From assembly GCA_973851085.1 (NCBI GenBank), contig OZ316776.1, positions 5,704,001 to 5,768,000 on the forward strand: 64,000 nt of DNA, written 5' to 3'. The DNA comes from Ptychomitrium polyphyllum. Taxonomy: Eukaryota. Below the pieces are notes generated by a model, which was not told where the DNA came from, made no database searches, and saw nothing but the letters and a program-made list of their open reading frames with translations. Positions 24,194-36,420 of the stretch are shown here, in pieces (the first letter of the stretch is position 1; each line of letters opens with the position of its first letter). A program made the translations under genes and the position numbers.

Positions 24194-26176
24194 CTTTTGC
24201 CCTCAGGAAATCAGGAAATCCATACCGGAGAAATGCTCAGCTCATTGGGACGTTGTAAAGCGTTAGCTAGCATCATAACTGAGGGAAGCCAATATTCAAA
24301 AACCAAGACGCAACCAAGAAGTCAGAGCATCATTCCACAGGGCACCAAAAAGCACCACACGAGCACGCCTCCAGAGGCCCTGCTCACCCAAATTCAAATT
24401 CAACCGCCCGATGTCCCCATCCCTAGAAACGGTCATCCCCGCTCAACCTAACGGTTTCAAGCGCCGGGCCGGTCTCAGGCCAACCGCTCTGCCTCGCATC
24501 GATCCGGGTCACCAGATAGTTTCCACCCTCTTGACCGTCAGATCCCCAGCATGGGCACATAATTGCCGTCCATTCCGACCGCAGGCCGCTCGGACGTAAA
24601 AGAAACGGGAACCCATCCTTCCACGGGCGTTGAGTGAGGGCAATCCGTCCGAGGTGCGGGGATGTGGAATCGCGGCATGGCCTCTCTCTCTCGCTTTCCC
24701 TTTCTCACACGAGGGAATTTATGACTGGAAAAGCCGATTCCGATTGCGCAGCCGGTACACGTTGGGATGCCTGCGTCCGTTTTAGCCTATCCTGCTGTTC
24801 ACTGTGGCTGTGCAGGCTGCTGGAGCTCACTGCACACTGATGTTTTTGGAGAGGCCGATACGTTTGTACTTCTATGTCGACCAGTACGTTGCTTATTGGA
24901 TGGTTTTCATGTTTACGTTCTTTTCATTTCTGCGTTTTGGGAATGGAGAAGTGCTGAGGTTTTGGAGTAGTCGGGCGCGGGAGGGGGAGAGAGAGAGAGA
25001 GAGAGAAGGGGGGGAGAGTTTTGATGGAGTTTGGAGGTGGCGTGGTGATGTTCTGGGCGTGGAGAGGGAGTGATCGTTTGGGAGTGAACCTTTTAGTAGA
25101 GGGGTAGAAATGGGGACGAGGGGGAGAGTGTAGCAGCTGTGGGGGTGTCTGAGTTAACTTTCTCACTGCTTTCTGGATTGTGCGGACGAGCTCACTCTGT
25201 TTCAGGTTTGTTGATTCGCTAATGCTTTTGTTGCTGGAAATTTTAGTAACTTGCATTTGTGGAGACTCTGTCGTTCAGTGTAGACTCGTATTCAAGGTTT
25301 TATCTGCTGACCGTGGGGCGTGCTGTGGTGGGTCGAAGTGTAGTTGCTAGCGTTTGTAGAGCTTGGTCGATGTTACTGGGAGCTTCAGATTTTTTGTAGT
25401 GTGGTTTGGTGGATGAGTGTTCCTAGTGTTCTAGGTGTTTGGAGTAGGTAAATCATTGTTCTTGCAATGGCGTCTTTCTCGCTTTGAACCAATGTCTTTT
25501 TGTTGGCAGCTTCGGACAGAGCAAGGTGGACCCATTGGTAAGGGTGGCAGTCACTCAGTGATCGGAATGATGCTTCTGTCATACTTCTTTGTGTTACTGG
25601 AGGATACGTCTGTCAAATTTAATTAATCGTGCAGCCTTGGTTGCAACGTCTTGCAGACTGATTGGATGATAGCGTGCAGTCGCCTGGAATGTCGTATGAT
25701 TAAGCGAGAAGCTATGAGGCCGCCTTCGCAATGCCTACTTTGCTCCATTAGTAGCAACGTCGCAATGTCTACCTCGTGAGGTCCGTTACTCGGTAGTACC
25801 GTCCTGACCCATTTTTTCTGTCCTCAAGCCATGGAAAGAGAACGTTTCAGATACAATGTCTCCTTGGCGAGGATATGTACTATTGTGCGTTGAACAACCT
25901 GCGGCAACGTTCACTTTTGAAACTGCGGCATTGTGCAGCAGCCACGCAATATTTATGTCCAGGTAGTTCTCTATTCCTAGCTCTTGCATTCACTCTACAT
26001 CTGACTCTTCAAATACTTTAGTTCTTATCCTTGCTTTTACAGTTTAAATGACTGTACTTTGCGTTTTATTACGTAATGTAATGAGGTTAGAAGAAGAACA
26101 TTGCTAAACATTTCGGGAGACACATCAACCGAACTTTACATTGCTAAACATTTCACAAACGATCGCTAGCCAATTA

Positions 26177-26280
<104 letters not shown>

Positions 26281-26561
26281 TTACGTTCTTCTCTTTAGCT
26301 CATTGCTTTGGTTAGTCTTCATTGTATACTCTCGTTTAGAACCAGTTATACCTGCATCATATCTCGAAGCGGCGGAAAAAATGAAGTTGCACTGTGTATC
26401 CACTAGGAAGAGAGTTCCCAAATGCTGGTCACTGTCTTGTTAGGATCGTCGTTACCTATATCACAATTTTGCATCTCATTACCTTCCCTTCGTTACTATT
26501 CAGGGTACAGAAGTGAGCTTTCGAAGAACGTACTGTCGATCTGTTCTTGCGATGCAACACA

Positions 26562-29500
26562 ATGGCGTCAAGAGAGGAATCGAATGACTTACTCGAGTTA
26601 GTAATTTTTACGAACAACAGCATGTGCCCTGGGGGTGAAGATTCCTCGTCATTCGATATGGAGGAATATCCTACAGCGAACGAAACGCTTTATCCTTCAC
26701 ATTCGGAAGATGAAACCCGTTCGAACATAGCCGGCTCTCTATTTGAACTCACACCTCGCCCGAAGAATCACATCATGAAGTTTTCATGCGATGCGAACGG
26801 TGTGCAGTCGCCGATCCTTGAAAAATATTTTGGTGTGGTACTTGCATTTGCAGCACTTTGGGCGCTGATCCGTGGAAACAAAACAGCACCACACATGAAG
26901 CTCAGCCCGAAGCTTCATAGGGCGGGACTCCAGATCATGTTAAAGAACGCCATGGACCGATTGCAGGTGCTCGCTCTCAATGCTCAGGACTTGGAGCAGA
27001 AGGTGAAAGAAGGTAAGGAAGCAACTCACAGAGACATTGAAGCGTGGGAGGATGAAAGGCGAATCCTTGTACAGAAGCTGTCTGTTGCTGAAGCTCAAGT
27101 TGCCAGCGTTCACAAAAGTCGACAGGAGGACGCCAAGGCTAACGAAAAAGTTGTCGGCATCTTCGCCTCGTATGAACAGAGTTGGAAAAACGAGAAGAAG
27201 AAACTGAAGCGCGAGATTGAGCTTCTAAGGAATGAAATCGTTGGTATACGTAAACGAAGCCTGCGTAAAAGTGATGGAGGAAATGGATGTGAAGAGTGTA
27301 AATCCAAATTACAAGAGCTTGAAAAGCTTGAAGACAAGCTATGTGAAAAGGAATTTCTTATAGCCGCGGCAATGGACGAAGCTCGGTCAGATCAGCGTGA
27401 GCGTAATCAGTTAGCTGGGAAGTTAACTGTGGTGGAGTTATGTATCTTAGATCTCAAGGATAAATTGTCCAAAGAGGTGGCCAAAAATGCTGAACTTCAA
27501 GTGGTCATTGCAGAGGTCGCAAGGAAGCACGAAGAGGCTGAGAACAAGGCTATGTGTGCTATGTCAGATCTTGAGAGCTCGAAAAGGGAGATCGAATCCA
27601 TATCTGCAGCAAAGATGAACCAGAATGCCATGATTGAGGAGCTTTTGAAGGAGTTAACGAATCTCCGGAAGGACGTTGATGATAAAGAGGAGGTCATTGC
27701 TGTGCTAATGAAGAGATCCAACATCGACCGTCAAGAGAGGGAGGAGCTTTTGCATCAAGTTGCTATTTCTAAATCTAAGCGAAAAGCAGCAGAGACTGAG
27801 AAAGACAGGTGGAAGAGGCTGGCAGAGGAACGCGCACGCAACGTCCCTGTAGGAAAAGATGCACTGAAAGCAAGGCGTAGCTGGGGTAGCAAAGTAGAAA
27901 TGGACAAGCTGTCTGAAATTCAAAGAAGTCACAATGAGGAGGTTCATGGCCTCCGATCTATGTACGTTACCAAGCTAGAGTCGCTGCAAGAGCAACTAAA
28001 AAGTTATGAAGGAAAGGTGGCATTGCTTGAAGCAAGAATTTCAGGTCATAGTGCGGAGGGTCAGAAACGTAAACCTAAGGAGGAAGAGCGAAGCCCAGCA
28101 GATATGATAGCAAAAGAGTATCTAGACTATCATGAGCTGGTGACGCTTCTTAAGTATATTGTACCTGATTCGGAGGTCCTGCAACTTGACGGCTTCAATT
28201 CGGAAATTCAAGGTAAATGTCCTCTCATGAGTCTCTTACAGTGGATACGGATTGTCCTTTTCTTTCAACTAGTCATGAGCCGAAGTCATGTCAGTAACTA
28301 ATTTTTGATTTTGAAATAATGCACTCGCATTCTGCGTATTAATTATTGACACCTTTGTCAATGTGCTTTTGTGCTCGTATCAGAGGGGCCTATGACTACT
28401 GCGACTCTTAAAGATTGGCTTAGACAGTGGCTTGAAGTCGTCAAGACTCACCACGCTCAACATCTCGAGCAGCGGCATTGGCGAGAGCTTGATGCGTTTG
28501 AGAGACAGATGAGACTTAAAGATGAGAGGCTAGAGTCTTTCCGTTGGCAGTTGCTGAGCATGGAGTCTGAGTTCAGCAGAATGAGATCTGAGCTTGAGAT
28601 GCTGGAAAGCAGGCTAGCAATGGCCGTGGATGAGAAGTGTAGGGCAGAGAGAGCGGTTGAGTCGAAGGACAAGGAGTTGCGTGCATTGATGAAAACTACG
28701 CTGCAGTTCAGTGAAGTGTCGTCAGTTCCTGCTCCGCGTTTAGACCAGCTAAGTCATCATGACGCTCAACAGAGAATTCTGATCTTGTTAAAGAAAGAGC
28801 TCAATGATGCCAAGTACGTTCCTACAGTCACGATTTAACTAGAGTTTTGCGTTCAAGTTAATCAATGATCGTCCTAGCAATGGGAGCTGATGAAGATGCT
28901 TGGAATCATCAAATAGTGGTAATCTTTCTAAGCGTTTTAAAACTTTGTGCGTGCACGTTACAGGAAAAAACTTGAGGAGATCGAATTTAAACACCAAAAG
29001 GACCTGTTAAAAGTTGTAGAAGATACTGAAGCAGAGCTTAGACAGAAGGACCATCACCTGGCCGTCGTGGAAGCTAGATTATGCCAACTAAGAATTCAAA
29101 TTGAAAACCAGAGACGGTTAACTCCGAAGGGAGTTCCTGATGTGTTTCCCGAAGAGGTATCAGTCTCTACGAATGTTCCGTATTGCCATCCCTGAATGCC
29201 GTTGCTCCCTCATATGCCTATACGCCTGCATTGTGCTTGTTGTCGGTTAGTCCGAAGGTCAAGGTTTCTTTGTTGTCCTGGTACAGAATTAACGAGTTTC
29301 CTCCAAAATGTGTACTTCGTCTACTTGTCGAATGGTAATCACGTGTCCACCCTGTGCCTGCTCTAGCAAGCTCATATCATATTGTAACGTGTGCAACTGA
29401 ATCCAGTGGGATTCCTGTACGCAGAGGTCTTTCAACCCGTGAATTCTTGTATGCAGTGCCTAGCTCTATAATATTTTCTTGAAAGGAATTCGGAATGTAC

Positions 29501-31635
29501 CTTTGAATATGAAGCCTCACCTTTATTGTCTAAATATCTTTGCAGGCTGTCCCCGAAAAAGTGTACAAGATTGCTGTTGTTGGAGCCCAAGAGGTAGATA
29601 TCAAGAACGCAATAAGCACTGCCTGTACTGATGTTGAAAAGCTAGCTGACCAGATTGCAGAGGTACGGAAACAAATGCTAGAATCAGATGACAACTATGA
29701 CAATGGTCTAGAGGAACTCATTGCCCAGGCTACAGCAGTTTCAAACTCAGGTAAAAAGCTGTCTTTGCTGAGAAATGCTATTTCCATAGAGGAGGTCGAC
29801 GACACCACGCTCACATTATTTCAAGATCACCAGACTACCTGCTTGCACCTTAAAGCTGCAAGCCAAACTAAACAGGATCTTCCAAGTAGAAGTTTGGAGT
29901 TGGCTATGGAGCATGAGATTCTGCACCAACCGTTTGTTCAGATTGATGAAGCTTCGATCTCAGGTCTACTACATTTCTGCCTTCTCTATGTATCTTCTTG
30001 TGATGCATTGAGCTGTTCCTTTCATGTACCTTTAAAGAATGAATCGTTCGTCAAGTCAAGTGCTCTAGATTGAATTTTTCTGATGTTTCTTTCTGTGATC
30101 CAGGGGCTCCCGAGGGAGAGATATCAGAGGACTCGACCAAATCCCTGGACACTGATTCTGATGTCACCTCGAAAAGAGAACAAGGCGAGGATGCCGTTGT
30201 TCTCCTGGAAACAGACTTTGATTTGGAGAACGTAGAGGATCAAGGTTCCAGAGACAGAGAGGTGCCTGATAAGAGGACTATGAGCTCTAAAAAGAGGGAG
30301 AGGAGGAAGACATTGGAGGAATACTTTCTCGATTCACCACCTGAGTTGGCGGTGGAGAATGCTTTTCAAGTCCCAGTCTTGAATTCGGTACAGCTTCATC
30401 GCAGAATTGTTTTCTGCACAAGAGCTTTCTTATCATGGCCTTCCTGTTTATAATAGTTTCTGAGTTGTGTTCAACTCCTCAAAATTGAAATTCCTATCAA
30501 CCTCATGGGCAACGAGGGTGTGGCGGGTGTCTTTGGGAAATGCGAAAGAACGTTGATCAGCATCATCGTTTTCTACTAAGGGCCTGGGTCCGAAGTCTGT
30601 AAATCTGATTCTAAAAGTCTTTTAGAGCGATGAACACATCGTTGGCATTTTATTCATCTACGTGGTTTTTGCTTCTGATGCAGGGAGCAAGGAAAGATGT
30701 CTTAAGTTTCTCAAATCAGGGCGTTCTCCAGGCTATCGAGAATAATACCCTCGCTGAGATTACTCCTGAGGACAAATTGGTCCTGAATGTCGTCAACCCT
30801 TCGCAAGCTGCAATTCCTCTCTTTAATAAAATAAAAAGCGGAAGGTGAACATTGATTCCCAGTTACTTTCAGAATGTTTTTGAATAAGTTCTTTGTGTTA
30901 ACCAAATCCTGTTTATCAACTGACGGATTATTACCTGTTGTGCAGGTCAGAGTGTAGAACAAGGGAGGAGATTCAAGTCCTGAGTCTGGCATTGGAAGTG
31001 CAAAAGATTGAAGAACAGCTATTACAAATCGACAGAAAGTGTGTGAGTCCGCCGGATGTGATTGTTAACCCAAGAACTGGCTTAGGAATGCCCAAAACGA
31101 TACCTCCCAAGAAATTCAACAAGCGATACGCAGCATTGACTGGCAAAGTTGGTCAACTTGCCAAACAGATGGTGCGTATTAAAACTTAAGTCACTAGGCC
31201 CTTCAATGCTTAATCATCTAATGTTTCGATTTGGCTTCTGAAATCTATATGTATGACAATAACAAGCTCAGATTTAAACCTTGACATGTAATTATGGTTT
31301 CCGTACTGTAGGGGTTGACTTCAGAAAGAAATCCTGAGATAATAACGGACAATCCTCTCTTCAATAGAAGGCCGACCACATCAGAGATTCTCAGCTTGCA
31401 GCATCGTGCTGAGGCCGTATGTCAGAGCCTAGCACTAATTGAAGCTCAAGATGCTGAGCATCCTAATGATGAATCTGTTGATAAACGAACTGGGTATTTG
31501 AAAGAGCGTCTAGTCGATACCGTGAAGGCACATCTATCTCAAGTAGAAAGAAGCTTGAGTTCGAGAGTGGAGCCCATAATTGCTAAACAGCAGTTGTTCA
31601 CCCCGAATACAGCGACATCCCTCAAGAGAATGTGA
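26562..31635 (+). CDS. Long coiled-coil protein (~1228 aa), plant myosin-heavy-chain-like / 'RNase P p38-related' family
   Basis: Exons 26562-28212, 28384-28813, 28964-29156, 29546-29963, 30104-30387, 30684-30844, 30946-31171 and 31312-31635, all GT-AG and phase-consistent (3687 nt). Motifs EDAKANEKVVGIFASYEQSW and ELDAFERQMRLKDERLESFRWQLLSME recall that plant family (family call from memory). Confidence 0.85.
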
Positions 31636-33125
31636 TTTTATTGTAAAAGCACCTGGTTGTGGCATATCTAGTCTTTTATAGCTACGTCAGCACCTCACGT
31701 CTGTCAAACTCAGCGGAACTGAGGTAAAGCAAATCCTCCTTCGCTTTTATAAAAATTCCAAGTCTGACCCAGAAGGTTTTCGGAATCTTAGAACTTTTTA
31801 AAGTTTAGGATCAAACTTTCCGTTTGACTGTCATGTCCATAAGCTTTTTCAGGATCGAAATTCTCTGCACTACTTAACCCTTCCAAATTCCAGAAAGGGT
31901 GCATTTCAAAATCTTAGTTAAGACATCTCTGTTGTATGTGGCAGGGCCAAGGGTTTCGCATTTGCTATGAAGGTATTGGTATACGATAAAGAGAAAGTCA
32001 GCAACACGATGTAGATGTGGAGAATCATATCGACAATTCATCAACAATACAACTCTGCAGTATGATTAAAACCTCTGCAAAGTAAGCTGGTGACTTTATG
32101 TCATCATATACGGTATAGACCTGCCACTCAACATCGTCATGAGTAGCTTCTTACAAGCAGTGTAGATGGCATCGAACATTATGACTCAAGACTGTCTCGT
32201 ATCACTCTGTTTCTGACACTTGTGTACATTGCAATTAACTAGGTTAGTTATAGCAGAAAGATTTTCACTGCCGTGCAGATTTTCTAAAGGACGGATAAGC
32301 AAGGAAAATTTTGTAACATTTTTTGTCAACTATGTTGACATCCCTAGTTGCTGTGAATCTTCTCTGTAAGCACGCTTCCGCAGCTCATGCAAACTATTAC
32401 TCCTTGGTTATATTTACGGACAATTATTGGCATCATCTTTTGACGGTGGCGGCTGTAAGGATTGATTGCTTAACACAGACTTTTGCAATGACGAAGGGTG
32501 ATACACTCACTGTTTTGGTTTTGTAGTTCATACTTAGTTTGTTAAACAACATACTTTTAAGATTAAAATACACTTTTGGATGTTCAGAAGAGCCATGGAT
32601 ATTAATGATTCCTAAGTTAAAGCATCCACAATGTCTGCTTCCACTCCAAGTGTTTTTCATTGGACAACACTTAGAGAGTATACTCAGATTCTGGGAATTT
32701 TCTCAAATGAGTAAAACGAATTTAATCGCGACGCTAACAAAATTTGCGACTCAGAAACAGTGCCTGCACATGTATATCAGTTGACTCAGGCTCCATGTCC
32801 AGATACCAGACTTATTTTTAAACCGTATTATAGTGTAAAAGTTGGAAACTACTACGTATTGTACTGTTAGCAAGTGTGCACATTATATAAATTAATATGT
32901 ACAGAACGTACATATAATGAGTACTTCGACATTGGGTTCAGACTGTGAACACATTACGGAGTGTTCTGCTTGAATCCTACTTCGAGCAAACAACAACTTT
33001 GATCAGGGCTAATCTAAGGAGTGTCAGAGTTCGGTTTCCGTTGGCTTTCAAAGACATCACACAATTGAGTACGATTCCGGAACTACTGGGAAAGCGTTGA
33101 GGAACACGGAGTTAAGAAAGGCTGC

Positions 33126-33212
33126 GATCGAGTCCGGCAGGTCCACAGAATACATTCATGAACCTTGAAGGGTAAACCATGAATGTATTCTGTAGACCTG
33201 CCCGATTCGATC
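33126..33212. other. Near-perfect 35-bp inverted repeat (hairpin, candidate miRNA precursor)
   Basis: Arms 33126-33160 and 33178-33212, 32/35 complementary, 17-nt loop. RNA identity unproven. Confidence 0.6.
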
Positions 33213-33920
33213 ACAATTTCCCTCGTACGTTTTTGAGCCTGCCTGACCGGTGTTCTATCTATTCACTCTCGTAGCCATAAAAGTGCAACCTTGCCTTGAT
33301 CCCACTCCTTAACCTGGGTCTTTCATACCAACAGGTCACAGCACCAGTTGAGATTTTATACTTTTTGTAAACAATTGAAATTACTTTTGTTGCAACTTTC
33401 AAGAGATCAGCTACTTGTTGAGATCTTCAGCTTCTGAGATTAGGCAAGTTTATATTTGTACACCTAATTAATTTCCTTGATCTGCAGCATCAGGCCCTTT
33501 GTGAAAGCCCGACAACATTCAACCTTCATTCCAGACGTTCTACCCGACTCTGTTTCACATCTGTGGAATTTTTCTGACCCCCATCTATGTAGCCCTCTGC
33601 TACCTCCTGCAGGTCTCAACAATTCTCGTAGTAGGAGCTTCATTCCAAAGTCAAACTGACTCTCGATGGACTCCGAAATCCATGCTTACCGCTTCTCTCG
33701 ACCGACTTGCACACTTCCACCATTCTCTTCATACCCAACTTTCTCGATACCCTTCAGACTCTTATGATTCTTTTGAGATCTTCCATTGGCAACATCACCC
33801 TGGCACCCGACGTGATTGAACTGGAGACTCTGCTCTTCTTGTTTCGGATGCCAACATATACCGTTTTAGATTGTTCTGAACAGCTCACAAACTACCTACA
33901 ATCAGTTTTGAATAACGTAC

Positions 33921-34011
33921 ATGATCCATTTTGACTCTAATTGTAGGTAGTTTTGAACAACTTACAAGACAACTTACAGACTACCTACAATTAGAGTCAT
34001 ACAATGGACAT
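33921..34011. other. Inverted repeat with 20-bp perfect core (hairpin)
   Basis: TGACTCTAATTGTAGGTAGT (33932-33951) pairs with ACTACCTACAATTAGAGTCA (33980-33999). Imperfect outer extension, 28-nt loop. Confidence 0.55.
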
Positions 34012-34665
34012 AAATTGTAATAAGCCATATGTATTCGGGGCCAGTTGTCGATGAATAGTATGCGAATTTGGTACCGCTATCCAGAGTGAGGAACAATGAG
34101 CAAATGTGTCATCATCTTTCTACGGCCGATAGTTAGAAACGCAATAGCTAAGCTGAAGATTCAAATAATTTTTTTCGAATCCATTCAAACTATTCGACAG
34201 CACCGACGGATGTATGGATCCCAATCCAGATAGTCAAACAGTATAACAGAAAAGAGTGAAAAGATCACATGCATTACACATGACCAAATCGTTCAACCCG
34301 AAATGGCATGATTGCGTGTACGAAATAGAAACTTTGCCAATGAACATAAAAGTTCAGCAAAAGAGAACAATGGCAGGACCTCAACTTACATGATCATCCA
34401 TAATTGCATGATTTCAACCAACGTTTTGTACAAATTGTTACGAAACAAGTCCTAATTCCTAAGGATGTCACCCGGCCCTCTAAAGTAGAGCACATGATGA
34501 TCATCTCCTCTAGTCTCCTAAACTTGGGACCTCTTACGCACAACACACCCAAAAATTCAGCTCTCTCGGGGAAAATTAAGAGTAATGTACACAATGTTCG
34601 GAAAGTCGTGAAGTGCATAACTGTCTCTAATAACAAAATAAACACAGTTCCCAGAGTGGAGCTCT

Positions 34666-36420
34666 TCAAAACCTCCTCGGAGGACTGGTTACAGCCCAAC
34701 GGTGTCCACGAGGTGGTGAACTTCGCTGGAGCTTTCTCGCAGCTTCCAGGGCTCGATTATCGCGACACCGTCCTCGAAGGTGAGCTCGCTCATAGTGAGC
34801 GTTGGAGACAACCACGAAGAACAAGGATGTAGCCATAATGGCAGGGAAGTGGCCCAGAAGAAGGAAGAGCAAAGTCACGAGCAATCCGACCACAGACCAG
34901 GAAAAATCGTTTCTTGATTTGTTCGCAATGTTGGCTGTATCTTCGGCATTTGTTGACGATGAGGAAGTCGATTTGCCGTGTAAAGGCGATGAAGCCCTGA
35001 ACGGAATGGAATCGGAGATGTTGTATTGCTCCAGTGTTTCGGATGAGAGTATCCTGCCGAGCTTCGACTTCTTGCAGACCATGCTATCGGATGATCTCTG
35101 GCGCCGCATGACAATGCACTTGGAAGAGCTGCTCCGGGATATGAATTCCTCGTTCTGAACCAGCTGATCTGTGACGTCTGAGGATTTGGTTTTGTGGAGG
35201 CTTCGGGAGAAAGGACACATGCGGCGTCTGTCTAGGCTGGAGGGTGACGTCGGGCTGTTTGGCTCTGGTGCGGCGTCAGAATGATGGGGGCTTTCGGAAA
35301 CACTCAACGAGGGATGCGACCTAGATGAGGAGCTGAAGGAAGACAAAGACTTTAACATCTTAAATCTCTTGAACTTGGAAGAGATTCTCTTTGCCAGCCG
35401 CCGTGACGAGCTCGTCGAGCCGCCGATTTTGCGGAAGGAAGTCATGGGAAGTGACCCAATTGCGAGCTGTGAGGAGGCGTTGCTCTCCGGAATTGGAAGC
35501 AAAATTGACAAAGGCGAAGATTCTTTGACTACGACGGCCCCAGAAAATGCAGACTCCAATGGCATAACTAGAAATCCTAAATTAGAATCTTGTTGCTGCT
35601 TAGCGAAATCAACTTCTGAGATCCGTGTGCTTTCCTCCATTGCATTCGTGGACGAGGTTACCTTCAAGTCACCTTCAAGGGACAGCAAGCTTAGCCGCGA
35701 TGGAATGCGAGTGACCAAGTATGACTTCAGACGGGTAAGAAAGTACAGCGCAACGGACGAGAATATAAAGCGTGCAGAAACCTTCCCCTTGCGCCATATC
35801 CGTATCACTGCACTAAACGTCAGCACTGCCGCCAGTGGCTTCTCGACGTTGGCGAACCGACTAGATATGAAAGCGCCCATGGCAACAACCACGACGAAGG
35901 CGGACTTCGACGTCTGCCTCGATCCCTGCTGGTGTAAGCTCTGCACTTTCTTCATAGAACGACATCGACTCGTCCTCACTGGCAAGCGGACACCAACCGG
36001 CGCCGAAGAACTCACCTCCTTGATCGACGCATGGCTATGGCTTCCCTGAGGTTGCCTCTCGTCGCTCGAATTCTTCAAATCATCCTCCAAATTGCCAACT
36101 ATGGGCAACGTAGCAGGCTTGGGTGCCAAAGCTTCAAACGCCGGACATTGCACGAGCTTGGGCTCAAAGTTGCGCCAGCTGGCCGAGCGGAGCGATGTGG
36201 CAGTCCACTCCTGCGCGGATCGAGAGATGGAGCGCGCTGCGGAGAGCGACGATGCCGTCCTCTCTACCAACGACGAGGCTTTAGTCGACTGTATCCCTTC
36301 GAGTAATGTCGCGAATTTCTCCAACTCTGATGCAGAGAAAGGATTGGCTTTCGACTTATTCTTCTTCCGCTCCCCCCCACCAGACAGCTTCTTCCTCAAC
36401 CTCGGCCAAATTCCAGCCAT
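34666..36420 (-). CDS. Single-exon Ser-rich membrane protein (584 aa), probably ZCF37-like
   Basis: Uninterrupted ORF from the ATG at 36420. N-terminal NPFSASELEKFATLL and C-terminal hydrophobic VVGLLVTLLFLLLGHFPAIMATSLFFVVV resemble plant ZCF37-family ends (recalled, not searched). Additional central hydrophobic segments. Confidence 0.75.
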   Translation of the reverse strand: MAGIWPRLRKKLSGGGERKKNKSKANPFSASELEKFATLLEGIQSTKASSLVERTASSLSAARSISRSAQEWTATSLRSASWRNFEPKLVQCPAFEALAPKPATLPIVGNLEDDLKNSSDERQPQGSHSHASIKEVSSSAPVGVRLPVRTSRCRSMKKVQSLHQQGSRQTSKSAFVVVVAMGAFISSRFANVEKPLAAVLTFSAVIRIWRKGKVSARFIFSSVALYFLTRLKSYLVTRIPSRLSLLSLEGDLKVTSSTNAMEESTRISEVDFAKQQQDSNLGFLVMPLESAFSGAVVVKESSPLSILLPIPESNASSQLAIGSLPMTSFRKIGGSTSSSRRLAKRISSKFKRFKMLKSLSSFSSSSRSHPSLSVSESPHHSDAAPEPNSPTSPSSLDRRRMCPFSRSLHKTKSSDVTDQLVQNEEFISRSSSSKCIVMRRQRSSDSMVCKKSKLGRILSSETLEQYNISDSIPFRASSPLHGKSTSSSSTNAEDTANIANKSRNDFSWSVVGLLVTLLFLLLGHFPAIMATSLFFVVVSNAHYERAHLRGRCRDNRALEAARKLQRSSPPRGHRWAVTSPPRRF

